Source of the DNA: Macrostomum lignano
Lineage: Eukaryota
Reading direction: 5' to 3'
NCBI GenBank assembly: GCA_002269645.1
Contig: NIVC01002479.1
Span: forward strand, 106,665 to 170,664
Length of the DNA stretch: 64,000 bases
The position numbers were made by a program, and so were the translations under genes. The notes under the pieces are model-generated. The model ran no database searches. It had not been told where the DNA came from and worked only from the letters and a program-made list of their open reading frames with translations. This document shows positions 1-14,375 of the stretch, one piece after another. The number at the start of each line of letters is the position of its first letter. The stretch's first letter is position 1.

Positions 1-460
1 TTCAGATTCGGATTCGGATTCAGATTCGGATTCGAATTCAGATTCGGATTCGGATTCGGATTCGGATTTGGATTCGGATTCGGATTCGGATTCAGATTCG
101 GATTCAGATTCAGATTCAGATTCGGATTCGGATTCAGATTCGGATTCGAATTCAGATTCGGATTCGGATTCGGATTTGGATTCGGATTCAGATTCGGATT
201 TAGATTCAGATTCAGATTCGGATTCAGATTCGGATTCAGATTCGGATTCAGATTCAGATTCGGATTCTGATTTGGATTCGGATTCAGATTCGGATTCAGA
301 TTTAGATTCGGATTCGGATTCAGATTTAGATTCAGATTCGGATTCGGATTCGGATTCGGATTCGGATTCGGATTCAGATTTAGATTCAGATTCGGATTCG
401 GATTCGGATTTAGATTCAGATTTAGATTCGGATTCGGATTCAGATTCGGATTCGGATTCA
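1..460. repeat. (GATTCR)n hexamer microsatellite, truncated by window start
   Basis: Continuous gattcg/gattca/gattta units; produces the artefactual (DS)n ORF. Confidence 0.95.
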
Positions 461-1201
461 GGCTTTCTCTTGATTTGATTCAGACCAGAGCATACTTGCG
501 CTCTCTCGCAGCAGTTTCTCAGTCCGATTTTCACAGAGTAGCGAAGGCTGCATGTGCCGGAGCGGGCAACCCGAACCGCCTACCAAAGTGTCGGCAAGGC
601 TGAAAGCAACGCGCAGTGGCAACTCCCAGCAAGTGGAGCTCTGCTTAGAAAGCGATTGTCTGCAGAACCCCCCCCCCCCCCCCAGAATGCTGCTACTATT
701 GATCTTTCTCGCGCACAAGCAACAGCGGCAGGGAGGGTAGAGGCAGCTGGGCCTCATCGCAGCTCCCCCTGTCCCCAGTAACCATAAATGCAAACTCGAA
801 GACGAAACCCTGAAAGAGGAAGGATTAGCCGTTTCCGTCCCTTACGTTCCCTCCCTCCCTCCTTCGCCATCATTCCCTCTCCTCTCAGGGCAAACTCTAC
901 AGCCAGTGAAGGTAAAAAATGTAAAAAAAAGTCCCCAGCAACGAGAGACCTGTCCCTTGCATCTGGTCGAGCTCCCGTCGGCCCTCCGGACTCTCTCTAG
1001 CAGTGGGCAGACAGAAGTTTACAAAACTGCTGGTCTGAGTGTAGGATGGCGGGACCATGACAGCTGGGCAGTGACTTGTACTGCCGCAGATTGCGGTCGG
1101 ATCCCCGATTGTGTGCATCAGCTGCTTCGCATAGCGCTATGCATAGTGACACTAGCTTGGCACATTGTTATGTCTGTAATACATCATCTCGAATTGTAAG
1201 C

Positions 1202-2515
1202 ACAGTATGGCACACCTGACACACAGTATGGCATACCTGACACACAGTATGGCACACCTGACACACAGTATGGCATACCTGACACACAGTATGGCATACC
1301 TGACACACAGTATGGCACACCTGACACACAGTATGGCATACCTGACACACAGTATGGCATACCTGACACACAGTATGGCACACCTGACACACAGTATGGC
1401 ATACCTGACACACAGTATGGCACACCTGACACAGTATGGCATACCTGACACACAGTATGGCACACCTGACACACAGTATGGCATACCTGACACACAGTAT
1501 GGCACACCTGACACACAGTATGGCATACCTGACACACAGTATGGCATACCTGACACACAGTATGGCACACCTGACACACAGTATGGCATACCTGACACAC
1601 AGTATGGCACACCTGACACACAGTATGGCACACCTGACACACAGTATGGCATACCTGACACACAGTATGGCATACCTGACACACAGTATGGCATACCTGA
1701 CACACAGTATGGCATACCTGACACACAGTATGGCACACCTGACACACAGTATGGCACACCTGACACACAGTATGGCATACCTGACACACAGTATGGCACA
1801 CCTGACACACAGTATGGCACACCTGACACACAGTATGGCATACCTGACACACAGTATGGCATACCTGACACACAGTATGGCATACCTGACACACAGTATG
1901 GCATACCTGACACACAGTATGGCATACCTGACACACAGTATGGCATACCTGACACACAGTATGGCACACCTGACACACAGTATGGCATACCTGACACACA
2001 GTATGGCACACCTGACACAGTATGGCACACCTGACACACAGTATGGCATACCTGACACACAGTATGGCACACCTGACACACAGTATGGCACACCTGACAC
2101 ACAGTATGGCATACCTGACACACAGTATGGCATACCTGACACACAGTATGGCATACCTGACACACAGTATGGCATACCTGACACACAGTATGGCACACCT
2201 GACACACAGTATGGCACACCTGACACACAGTATGGCATACCTGACACACAGTATGGCACACCTGACACACAGTATGGCACACCTGACACACAGTATGGCA
2301 TACCTGACACACAGTATGGCATACCTGACACACAGTATGGCATACCTGACACACAGTATGGCATACCTGACACACAGTATGGCACACCTGACACACAGTA
2401 TGGCACACCTGACACACAGTATGGCATACCTGACACACAGTATGGTATACCTGACACACAGTATGGCATACCTGACACACAGTATGGCATACCTGACACA
2501 CAGTATGGCACATCT
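1202..2515. repeat. 21-bp minisatellite (acagtatggcaYacctgacac)n, about 60 copies
   Basis: Directly visible; C/T dimorphism; 2-bp slips near 1430 and 2016; lies 3' of the GPCR exon-1 donor on the - strand. Confidence 0.97.
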
Positions 2516-4432
2516 GACACACACATTAAAGCATATCCGACACATATTAAAGCACACCTGACACACATATTAAAGCACACCTGACACACACATTAAAGCA
2601 CACCTGACACACATTAAAGCACACCTGACACACATATTAAAGCACACCTGACACACATTAAAGCACACCTGACACACACATTAAAGCACACCTGACACAC
2701 ACATTAAAGCACACCTGACACACACATTAAAGCACACCTGACACACATATTAAAGCACACTTGACACACACATTAAAGCACACCTGACACACATATTAAA
2801 GCACACCTGACACACATATTAAAGCACACCTGACACACACATATTAAAGCACACCTGACACACACATTAAAGCACACTTGACACACATATTAAAGCACAC
2901 CTGACACACATATTAAAGCACACCTGACACACACATTAAAGCACACCTGACACACATTAAAGCACACCTGACACACACATTAAAGCACACCTGACACACA
3001 TATTAAAGCACACCTGACACACACATTAAAGCATTAAAGCACACCTGACACACATTAAAGCACACCTGACACACATATTAAAGCACACCTGACACACATA
3101 TTAAAGCACACCTGACACACACATTAAAGCACACCTGACACACATATTAAAGCACACCTGACACACACATTAAAGCACACCTGACACACACATTAAAGCA
3201 CACCTGACACACACATTAAAGCACACCTGACACACACATTAAAGCACACCTGACACACATATTAAAGCACACCTGACACACATATTAAAGCACACCTGAC
3301 ACACACATTAAAGCACACCTGACACACATATTAAAGCACACCTGACACACATATTAAAGCACACCTGACACACACATTAAAGCACACCTGACACACATAT
3401 TAAAGCACACCTGACACACATATTAAAGCACACCTGACACACACATTAAAGCACACCTGACACACACATTAAAGCACACCTGACACACATATTAAAGCAC
3501 ACCTGACACACATATTAAAGCACACCTGACACACATATTAAAGCACACCTGACACACACATTAAAGCACACCTGACACACACATTAAAGCACACCTGACA
3601 CACACATTAAAGCACACCTGACACACATATTAAAGCACACCTGACACACACATTAAAGCACACCTGACACACACATTAAAGCACACCTGACACACATATT
3701 AAAGCACACCTGACACACATATTAAAGCACACCTGACACACACATTAAAGCACACCTGACACACATATTAAAGCACACCTGACACACACATTAAAGCACA
3801 CCTGACACACACATTAAAGCACACCTGACACACACATTAAAGCACACCTGACACACACATTAAAGCACACCTGACACACATATTAAAGCACACCTGACAC
3901 ACATATTAAAGCACACCTGACACACACATTAAAGCACACCTGACACACATATTAAAGCACACCTGACACACATATTAAAGCACACCTGACACACACATTA
4001 AAGCACACCTGACACACATATTAAAGCACACCTGACACACATATTAAAGCACACCTGACACACACATTAAAGCACACCTGACACACACATTAAAGCACAC
4101 CTGACACACATATTAAAGCACACCTGACACACATATTAAAGCACACCTGACACACATATTAAAGCACACCTGACACACACATTAAAGCACACCTGACACA
4201 CACATTAAAGCACACCTGACACACACATTAAAGCACACCTGACACACATATTAAAGCACACCTGACACACACATTAAAGCACACCTGACACACACATTAA
4301 AGCACACCTGACACACATATTAAAGCACACCTGACACACATATTAAAGCACACCTGACACACATATTAAAGCACACCTGACACACACATTAAAGCATACC
4401 TGACACACACATTAAAACATACCTGACACACC
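2516..4432. repeat. 21-23-bp minisatellite (cacattaaagcacacctgacaca)n, about 85 copies
   Basis: Directly visible; shares cacctgacaca core with the adjacent array. Confidence 0.97.
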
Positions 4433-4485
4433 TGACACTCAAAACCCCCCGCCATTCGCTCCCGTATAATCCGGCTTGCACTCAC

Positions 4486-4850
4486 CGCTCAACGCACACG
4501 GTTGTCAAGGTGATTACCGACGTATAAAACGCAGCGGTCATGATGAAGCGCAGCAGCTTGCAGGCGGCCAGCCCGAGGAACCAGTGCTGCGAGGCCAACC
4601 GGAAGCCGATTTCCGCCAGAGCCAGCAGCAACGACAGCAGGTCGGAGCAGGCCAGGTTGAGGATGTACAAATTCGTCACCGAGGCGCGCATCCTCTTGTC
4701 CATCAGGATGGTGACGATGACCAGGCTGTTGCCGAACAGTCCCACCAGCATGATGGCCAGGTACAGCGCCGAGACCAGGACGGTGGCGCCAAGAGATGTG
4801 GCGCCCACGCTGACAGGCGCGCTGCCATTGAGAACCGGAGTGGCGTTCAT
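4486..4850 (-). CDS. Class A (rhodopsin-like) peptide GPCR, coding exon 1 (TM1-TM3); downstream exons not found in window
   Basis: MNATPV...GLFGNSLVIVTI (TM1 GN), TNLYILNLACSDLL (TM2 LAxxD), WFLGLAACK...VCVER (TM3, ER of E/DRY); ends at strong donor CG|GTGAGT (4485). Confidence 0.9.
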
Positions 4851-5269
4851 TGTTTCTCGACGCTTGACTTAGAGGAAGCTGCTGCGTTTCAGGGTTCGAT
4901 GAGGTCCGCTGGGGCGCTGGACACAGCTGCTGCAGCTTAGCTTTTATTTTAAGCCCGGTGGGGAGCTGCGAGAGAGACGGCCTGGGCTGGCTGGGATTGG
5001 TCCGGCTGCCCTGCCGGCTGTCATGACCTGCAGAGACAATTCGAAGGTGTCCTCGACAAGCAGCTAACAAAAATCGATAATCATTGTCGCAAGGCCTTTT
5101 CAGAAGGCAAATATCTACACACCTGACTCAGCGGGGGATGTCATGGCAACAGGCAGCGTCCGAAACACTGTAGACAAATTGAGCCGACATGCCCAGAATC
5201 TCAACCGGAAGGGTCACGTGTCACACTATCTGACCGATCCGTCTTGAAAGTCTTCAATATTGTCTATGG

Positions 5270-6395
5270 CAAGGAATGCGACCACGCAGCCAAGTCTTGA
5301 ATTTATCGAATTATCGTCTCTTTGACTGCGAAACCGAAATTATAGAATTGGGCAAGAACTTTGTCAACACCCCTTACACTGGACGAGCTTCAATCCCCAA
5401 CATCAACTTGGACAAGCGGCGCTCTCACGGGGACTTTTTTGAAATCCTAGACAAGATCAGTATTCCAAGAATCATACACACAACATGCCAAGCCTTCAGG
5501 AGCAGGAGAGAATGGCACTGAAGACTCTTCGAGGCAACAGCAGCATCGTCATTAAACCTGCCGACAAGGGCAGCAATATAGTCATCATGAAGCTCTCCAA
5601 CAGGAACCTTCTACCAACCTCTTGACTTCGCAATGAGCACCCAGACCAGTGCCATTATCAAAACCATTTTTCAATACTCGCAATTTTTTATCTCGTCTCG
5701 GACTGCAGCTCGGAAAGTTACGTGAGTGCCAAATTTATCGATCTCTTCCTACAAGACTCCTTCATCCGAGACACGGACCCCTTTCCAAGCTGCTGTCAAT
5801 CATTTGATTTTTGACTAAGACGAAAATGCCTTTCTGGTTACAATGGATGTTGAATCCCTGTACTCCAATAATCCTACTGAGAAGGGGACGGACGTCATTA
5901 GAGATGCCTTTCAAAAAGTTCCGCAAACCTCAAGGCCACGTAACCATCTACTTGTGCACCTGGACATTAACTTCAACGAAAAAGATTTTGTTTTTCAACG
6001 ACGCGCGCTATCTTCAAGTCAAAGGCACATGCATGGGAAAGGCCTTTGCGCCATCCTACGCCAACATCTTTATGTCTGCCTAGGAATCCGTCCCACTCAC
6101 GGTGCAATACAGCAGAGAGAAGCTTCACTTCCTGGACTGCCGGGTCAGTCTGATTGACGAAGTCAATAACACAAAGAGACTTTCGTGCTCGATCTACTTC
6201 AAACCCACCGATTCACGCCAGCTCTTGCATCCGGAGTGATTTCACCCAAAGCAAACATTCAAGGTTATGTTGAAAGCTCAGTTCCTCCGTTACGCTCGTA
6301 CGCTCGCCGTTGCACGTTTAAAGACGACTTTGATGAAGCCAGCAGAAGCCTAACAAGCATCCTGAAGATTCAAAGTTGCTCTGATTGCTTAATAG
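5270..6395 (+). mobile_element. Degenerate Penelope-like element (PLE) reverse transcriptase remnant
   Basis: Frameshifted motifs VLNLSNYRL...ELGKNFVNTP, IVIKPADKG, MDVESLYSN, YLQVKGTCMGKAFAPSYANIFM, then a thumb-like FHPK...FDEASRSLTSILK; many stops and indels. Confidence 0.85.
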
Positions 6396-7021
<626 letters not shown>

Positions 7022-7477
7022 CCGTTTTTATAAAGAAAACTTCACATTCTAGCTTTCTTAAGCCTCTGGAAAAACTCTAATCAAGTCAAGTGAGTTTAGA
7101 CCTGTCAGCTTAAAATTGTAAGGTCAAAGTTCGCGATGAGATGCAGCTTTCAATCGGATTTGTCAATCAGACTCATTCGTCTTTTCAGTCAAATTTCTCT
7201 AATGAATTGTCATCATTAGACAATGCTAATCAGCTTTGTAGGCAGAAAAGAAAACATTTTGCGATTCTTGTTGACTTTTGTTCGATTTTTAACGCACTTG
7301 GAACAGCATCAGAAGCACACTACTGCTAGTGGCAGCAACAGTTTCTGACTGCTTTTTCTGTAGTTTTTACTTTTCTAGGTTTTCCGGGGACCGCATCCAG
7401 ATTACAGCATCTAAATTTGTTCGTGGTCGAGCAGGTGGTCGAGAGCGGCCTGCTTGACAACGCCGAGAATGTATCAG

Positions 7478-7545
7478 AGTGTACAGTGGCCCTGACTTTC
7501 AAATCGTCCGGCATGTACACACTCTGCGCCTTGGGGGTTGTGCCC
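7478..7545. mobile_element. Solo terminal-inverted-repeat fragment of the family at 19718-20409
   Basis: agtgtacagtggccctgactttcaaatcgtccggcatgtacac...gccttgggggttg matches both ends of the 19718-20409 element. Confidence 0.65.
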
Positions 7546-7819
7546 AAGTTGTGGCTAACTTCTTATTCAGCAAATTCTACTGGGCCTTGAGTCCATTACT
7601 ACACCGCCCACGAAAGACTTCGGGCATCGGTTGCCTGCAGTGTCTCTGATGACTAATTCCGACAGCCAATGGCAGGCGCTCAAACCTGAGCAATATGAAG
7701 GAAAATTCAATTTAAAAAAATCCCAATTTCTGGGGGATCATTGCAGCGGCGGCGCTCTCAGCTTTTTTGTAAAGCATAGAAAAAAACTATTAAGACTATC
7801 AACCGTTAAGCGTCGCACA

Positions 7820-9182
7820 ATGCATTCTGCGTCACTAACGTTAATTGCTCTCCTGACCGTGTCCTGCTGCCTGCTAGGTGAGCATTTTCTAATTATAGTC
7901 GCTAATTAATGCACTAATTAAGTTTTTCTTAATAAAACTATTTGTATCTATTTCAGAAGTATTGTCTGAGACAAGTTACAATACGAATGGTAAGCCGCAG
8001 CTGCAGTCATAATTTCTTTCGTTTCACGTACCCTTTTTGTATTGATCGTTTGGCTTACAGATGAGGAACCTCACCTTGGGAGACAGGCAGATGGACACCA
8101 TTGGTACAGGTATTGCTGGTCTGCGAATTGTCTAGTTACATTTCATGCCTATGCCCAACCTGTGCCCAACTTGTACTCAATCTATACTCAACCTACACTC
8201 AACCTGTGCTCAACCTATGCTCAACCTGTGCTCAACCTATACTCAGCATACTCATGCTCAACCTATGCTTAAACTGTGCTCAACCTATGCTAAACCTATG
8301 CTAAACCTATGCTCAACCTGTGCTCAACCTATACTTAACCTATGCTCAACCTGTGCTCAACCTGTGCTCAACCTATACTCAACCTACACTCAACCTATGC
8401 TCAACCTGTGCTCAACCTGTGCTCAACCTGTGCTCAACCTGTGCTCAACCTATACTCAACCTACACTCAACCTATGCTCAACCTGTGCTCAACCTGTGCT
8501 CAACCTGTGCTCAACCTATACTCAGCATACTCATGCTCAACCTATGCTTAACCTGTGCTCAACCTATGCTAAACCTATGCTAAACCTATGCTCAACCTGT
8601 GCTCAACCTATACTTAACCTATGCTCAACCTGTGCTCAACCTGTGCTCAACCTATACTCAACCTACACTCAACCTATGCTCAACCTGTGCTCAACCTGTG
8701 CTCAACCTGTGCTCAACCTGTGCTCAACCTATACTCAACCTACACTCAACCTATGCTCAACCTGTGCTCAACCTGTGCTCAACCTGTGCTCAACCTATAC
8801 TCAGCATACTCATGCTCAACCTATGCTTAACCTGTGCTCAACCTATGCTAAACCTATGCTCAACCTGTGCTCAACCTGTGCTCAACCTGTGCTCAACCTA
8901 TACTCAGCATACTCATGCTCAACCTATGCTTAACCTGTGCTCAACCTGTGCTCAACCTATGCTAAACCTATGCTCAACCTGTGCTCAACCTATACTCAAC
9001 CTATGCTCAACCTGTGCTCAACCTATACTCAACCTATGCTCAACCTATACTCAACTTGTGCTCAACCTAGCAGGCAGTCGCCGAGCGTCGGTCCCATGAC
9101 CTGGGAGGACTTCGTACTGGATCAGCTAATGATGGAGCGCCAGTATCCAGCAGCCAAGAAGCGGTTCGTGACGGACTGGTAG
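7820..9182 (+). CDS. Small secreted protein / putative neuropeptide precursor, about 82 aa, 4 exons
   Basis: Exons 7820-7877, 7957-7989, 8061-8109 (alt donor 8103), 9074-9182 (NAGNAG alt 9071); all GT-AG and phase-compatible. Protein MHSASLTLIALLTVSCCLLEVLSETSYNTNDEEPHLGRQADGHHWYRQSPSVGPMTWEDFVLDQLMMERQYPAAKKRFVTDW*; hydrophobic N-terminus, KKR site. Confidence 0.7.
8152..9068. repeat. 11-bp minisatellite (gctcaacctRt)n with 279-bp higher-order repeat, in intron 3 of the peptide gene
   Basis: Marker ctcagcatactcatg recurs at about 8243, 8521, 8800, 8903. Confidence 0.93.
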
Positions 9183-9384
9183 AGCAGCAAGATAAAAGCT
9201 TTCACCTTGATTAGCAGATCCCAGACGACTTAATGAAATCATTAAACCTGCAGAGAGGATCTATTAAAGTCAAAACTCGAAAAAAATGACGAGTCAGTCA
9301 ATAGGGATAATGATATTTTAATTTTTTTAGAATGTCAGATCTCTTAATCCTTTTAAAAATATACTCTGTCTACGGTGGTGATAT

Positions 9385-10670
9385 TGAATGATAACACCGG
9401 TTTATCTGTGAGAATATTGGATGATAACACTAGTTTACCTGTGAGAATATAGGATGATAACACCGGTTTACCTGTGAGAATATTGGATGATAACACAGGT
9501 TTACCTGCTAGGATATCAAGTAACCCCGGTTCACCTGTTGGGATATCAAGTAACCTCGGCTCACCTGTTGGGATATCAAGTAACCCCGGTTCACCTGTTG
9601 GGATATCAAATAACCCCGGTTTACCTGTTGGGATATCAAGTAACCCCGGTTCACCTGTTGGGATATCAAGTAACCTCGGCTCACCTGTTGGGATATCAAG
9701 TAACCCCGGTTCACCTGTTGGGATATCAAGTAACCTCGGCTCACCTGTTGGGATATCAAGTAACCCCGGTTCACCTGTTGGGATATCAAATAACCCCGGT
9801 TTACCTGTTGGGATATCAAATAACCCCGGTTTACCTGTTGGGATATCAAGTAACCCCGGTTTACCTGTTGGGATATCAAGTAACCCCGGTTCACCTGTTG
9901 GGATATCAAATAACCCCGGTTTACCTGTTGGGATATCAAGTAACCCCGGTTCACCTGTTGGGATATCAAATAACCCCGGTTTACCTGTTGGGATATCAAG
10001 TAACCCCGGTTTACCTGTTGGGATATCAAGTAACCTCGGCTCACCTGTTGGGATATCAAGTAACCCCGGTTCACCTGTTGGGATATCAAATAACCCCGGT
10101 TTACCTGTTGGGATATCAAATAACCCCGGTTTACCTGTTGGGATATCAAGTAACCCCGGTTTACCTGTTGGGATATCAAGTAACCCCGGTTCACCTTTTG
10201 GGATATCAAATAACCCCGGTTTACCTGTTGGGATATCAAGTAACCCCGGTTTACCTGTTGGGATATCAAATAACCCCGGTTTACCTGTTGGGATATCAAG
10301 TAACCCCGGTTCACCTGTTGGGATATCAAGTAACCTCGGCTCACCTGTTGGGATATCAAGTAACCCCGGTTCACCTGTTGGGATATCAAATAACCCCGGT
10401 TTACCTGTTGGGATATCAAATAACCCCGGTTTACCTGTTGGGATATCAAGTAACCCCGGTTTACCTGTTGGGATATCAAGTAACCCGGTTCACCTGTTGG
10501 GATATCAAATAACCCCGGTTTACCTGTTGGGATATCAAGTAACCCCGGTTCACCTGTTGGGATATCAAATAACCCCGGTTTACCTGTTGGGATATCAAGT
10601 AACCCCGGTTTACCTGTTGGGATATCAAGTAACCCCGGTTTACCTGTTGGGATATCAAGTAACCCCGGTT
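9385..10670. repeat. 30-bp minisatellite (ggatatcaaRtaaccccggtYYacctgttg)n, about 40 copies
   Basis: Directly visible; diverged units at the left edge. Confidence 0.97.
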
Positions 10671-11261
10671 CATCGGCTTCGCACTGCTGTAAAACAGCTG
10701 TCAATGAAGCCGAATGCAGGTCAGGCTGCAAGGTAGCAAAGCTCCCCAGTCGCCAAGCTAAAGGCTCGTTAGGAATGATAAACACAGAACGGCAGCTGTG
10801 TATCCAACGGAACAAGGTCCTGCGTACTAATCAGGCAGCTGGTACCCAAGCTTATGAATCGAATTAAAAAAAATGTTCGATTCCACTAAGAGAGATTTGC
10901 AGAATTCGCTGTGAAATTCGATAATAGAGAAGGCAAAGGCAAATTTAATATTCAGCTGAGGATCTGATTGCCATATTAAGTAAGGATTGCTTTCATTGGA
11001 TTCAGCGAACACGATTGCTACATTCGGGTATCGGATTTTAGAACAAAATTTAATTTGCAAAGCAGACTTATTCTCCTCCAGTATTGCCGTGATATTTATA
11101 AAATTTTGTACGTTTCTGTGCTTTCTAAAATAATTTTAGCATCTTTAATAATTTAGCCAACAATTCACTACTACCACTACTACATATAGTAGATGATCGC
11201 TAAAATTCGAACTAAAATCTTTCGAAGTAGTGACTCTAGAATGTTTTTTACAATATGATTA

Positions 11262-11800
11262 CTATGTCCAATGTCCCCGCCTTATGTCTAATGCCCAATG
11301 CCCCCGCCTGTCTAATGCCCAATGTCCCCGCCTGTCTAATGCCCAATGCCCCCGCCTGTCTAATGCCCAATGTCCCCGCCTGTCTAATGCCCAATGTCCC
11401 CGCCTGTCTAATGCCCAATGCCCCCGCCTGTCTAATGCCCAATGTCCCCGCCTGTCTAATGCCCAATGTCCCCGCCTGTCTAATGCCCAATGTCCCCGCC
11501 TGTCTAATGCCCAATGTCCCCGCCTGTCTAATGCCCAATGCCCCCGCCTGTCTAATGCCCAATGCCCCCGCCTGTCTAATGCCCAATGTCCCCGCCTGTC
11601 TAATGCCCAATGTCCCCGCCTGTCTAATGCCAATGCCCCCGCCTGTCTAATGCCCAATGTCCCCGCCTGTCTAATGCCCAATGTCCCCGCCTGTCTAATG
11701 CCCAATGTCCCCGCCTGTCTAATGCCCAATGCCCCCGCCTGTCTAATGCCCAATGTCCCCGCCTGTCTAATGCCCAGTGTCCATGTCCGCCTAATACCCA
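11262..11800. repeat. 24-bp minisatellite (cgcctgtctaatgcccaatgYccc)n
   Basis: Directly visible; 1-bp slip near 11630. Confidence 0.97.
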
Positions 11801-12329
11801 CAATGTGCCCTTTATCCCGATGTTCAATGCCCCCGAAGATCAATATTTGCCTGGTAAATTCTAAACTAAATTTTCAGATATTAGAAGAAGAGTCAGCAGC
11901 CGCCTAGGGAGTCGACGAAAGCCTCTCGGGAAATTCACAGCTGCCCATGAGAACCAGCTGAGGCCCGGCTCGAACGGGTGACTGGATGCAGTCGTCACAC
12001 ACGCAAGGACAACGAGAAATTCTTTTCGAGGAAATGAAAAAATAAATTTTAACAGCGAAGCTGCTGAAGAACACTGGCTGACAGCTTGGAGCCAACAACA
12101 AGCAGCTGACAAAATCATTGGATTTCGTTGCTTTAGCGAGATTTATGAGAAGCTATATACTACAATAGAGTGCGCTGGTGATAGCAACGAGAGACGGAGC
12201 GGAGAGATTAGACAGATGAGACGGATATTGGATTGGTGAGAGTATGGACGGAGACGGGGAGATGCAAAAGGGAAATTGATCAGGGAGGGCAAGATTATGG
12301 GAGAGAAAGAGACAAGGGTAGGTTAGAGG

Positions 12330-14375
12330 AGAGAGACTGGCAGAGACAGGGAGAGACAGGGAGAGACAGGGAGAGACAGGGAAAGACAGGGAGAGACAGG
12401 GAGAGACAGGGAGAAACAGAGAGAGGCAGGGAGAGACAGGGAAAGACAGGGAGAGACAGGGAGAGACAGGGAGAGACAGAGAGAGACAGAGAGAGGCAGG
12501 GAGAGACAGGGAGAGACAGAGAGAAACAGAGAGAGGCAGGGAGAGACAGGGAGAGACAGAGAGAAACAGAGAGAGGCAGGGAGAGACAGGGAAAGACAGG
12601 GAGAGACAGGGAGAGACAGGGAGAGACAGAGAGAGACAGAGAGAGACAGGGAGAGACAGGGAGAGACAGAGAGAAACAGAGAGAGGCAGGGAGAGACAGG
12701 GAAAGACAGGGAGAGACAGGGAGAGACAGGGAGAGACAGAGAGAGACAGAGAGAGGCAGGGAGAGAGACAGGGAGAGACAGGGAGAGACAGGGAGAGACA
12801 GGGGGAGACAAGGAGAGACAGGGAGAGAGACAGGGAAAGACAGAGAGAGACAGAGAGAGGCAGGGAGAGAGACAGGGAGAGACAGAGAGAGGCAGGGAGA
12901 GACAGGGAAAGACAGGGAGAGACAGGGAGAGACAGGGAGAGACAGAGAGAGACAGAGAGAGGCAGGGAGAGAGACAGGGAGAGACAGGGAGAGACAGGGA
13001 GAGACAGGGGGAGACAAGGAGAGACAGGGAGAGAGACAGGGAAAGACAGAGAGAGACAGAGAGAGGCAGGGAGAGAGACAGGGAGAGACAGAGAGAGGCA
13101 GGGAGAGACAGGGAGAGACAGGGAGAGACAAGGAGAGACAGGGAGAGAGGCAGGGAGAGACAGAGAGAGGCAGGGAGGGGCAGGGAGAGACAGGGAAAGA
13201 CAGAGAGAGACAGGGAGAGACAGGGAGAGACAGGGAGAGACAGGGAGAGACAGGGACAGACAAGGAGAGACAGGGAGAGACAGGGAGAGACAGGGAGAGA
13301 CAGGGAGAGACAGGGAGAGACAGGGAGGGAGAGACAGGGACAGACAAGGAGAGACAGGGAGAGACAGGGACAGACAAGGAGAGACAGGGAGAGACAGGGA
13401 CAGACAAGGAGAGACAGGGAGAGACAGGGAGAGACAGGGAGAGACAGGGAGAGACAGGGAGAGACAGGGAGAGACAAGGAGAGACAGGGAGAGAGACAGG
13501 GAGAGACAGGGAAAGACAGAGAGAGACAGAGAGAGACAGGGAGAGACAGGGAAAGACAGGGAAAGACAGAGAGAGACAGGGAGAGACAGGGAGAGACAGG
13601 GAAAGACAGAGAGAGACAGAGAGAGGCAGGGAGAGAGACAGGGAGAGACAGGGAGAGACAGGGAGAGACAGGGGGAGACAAGGAGAGACAGGGAGAGAGA
13701 CAGGGAAAGACAGAGAGAGACAGAGAGAGGCAGGGAGAGAGACAGGGAGAGACAGAGAGAGGCAGGGAGAGACAGGGAGAGACAGGGAGAGACAAGGAGA
13801 GACAGGGAGAGAGGCAGGGAGAGACAGAGAGAGGCAGGGAGGGGCAGGGAGAGACAGGGAAAGACAGAGAGAGACAGAGAGAGGCAGGGAGAGAGACAAG
13901 GAGAGAGACAGGGAGAGACAGGGAGAGACAGGGAGAGACAAGGAGAGACAGGGAGAGAGACAGGGAGAGACAGGGAAAGACAGAGAGAGACAGAGAGAGG
14001 CAGGGAGAGACAGGGAGAGACAAGGAGAGACAGGGAGAGAGACAGGGAGAGACAGGGAAAGACAGAGAGAGACAGAGAGAGGCAGGGAGAGAGACAGGGA
14101 GAGACAGGGAGAGACAGGGAGAGACAGAGAGAGGCAGGGAGAGACAGGGAGAGACAGGGAGAGACAAGGAGAGACAGGGAGAGAGACAGGGAGAGACAGA
14201 GAGAGGCAGGGAGGGGCAGGGAGAGACAGGGAAAGACAGAGAGAGACAGAGAGAGGCAGGGAGAGGCAGGGAGAGACAGGGAGAGACAGGGAGAGACAAG
14301 GAGAGACAGGGAGAGAGACAGGGAGAGACAGAGAGAGGCAGGGAGAGAGACAGAGAGAGACAGGGAGGGACAGGA
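12330..14375. repeat. GA-rich 10-bp satellite (cagggagaga)n with variants
   Basis: Directly visible purine-rich array, about 2 kb. Confidence 0.95.

Noticed and set aside
1-478. (DS)n ORF resembling staphylococcal Sdr/Clf SD repeats
   Set aside because: No flanking domains, non-ATG start, eukaryotic context; simple hexamer microsatellite
5110-5270. Hammerhead ribozyme upstream of the PLE (expected for this class)
   Set aside because: CTGACTCA and CTGACCGA do not fit CUGANGA, and no stem III/NUH follows GAAAC
10675-12120. Possible exons between arrays (e.g. ttttcag|ATATTAGAAG at 11878)
   Set aside because: Could not be linked into a consistent gene model; no recognisable protein
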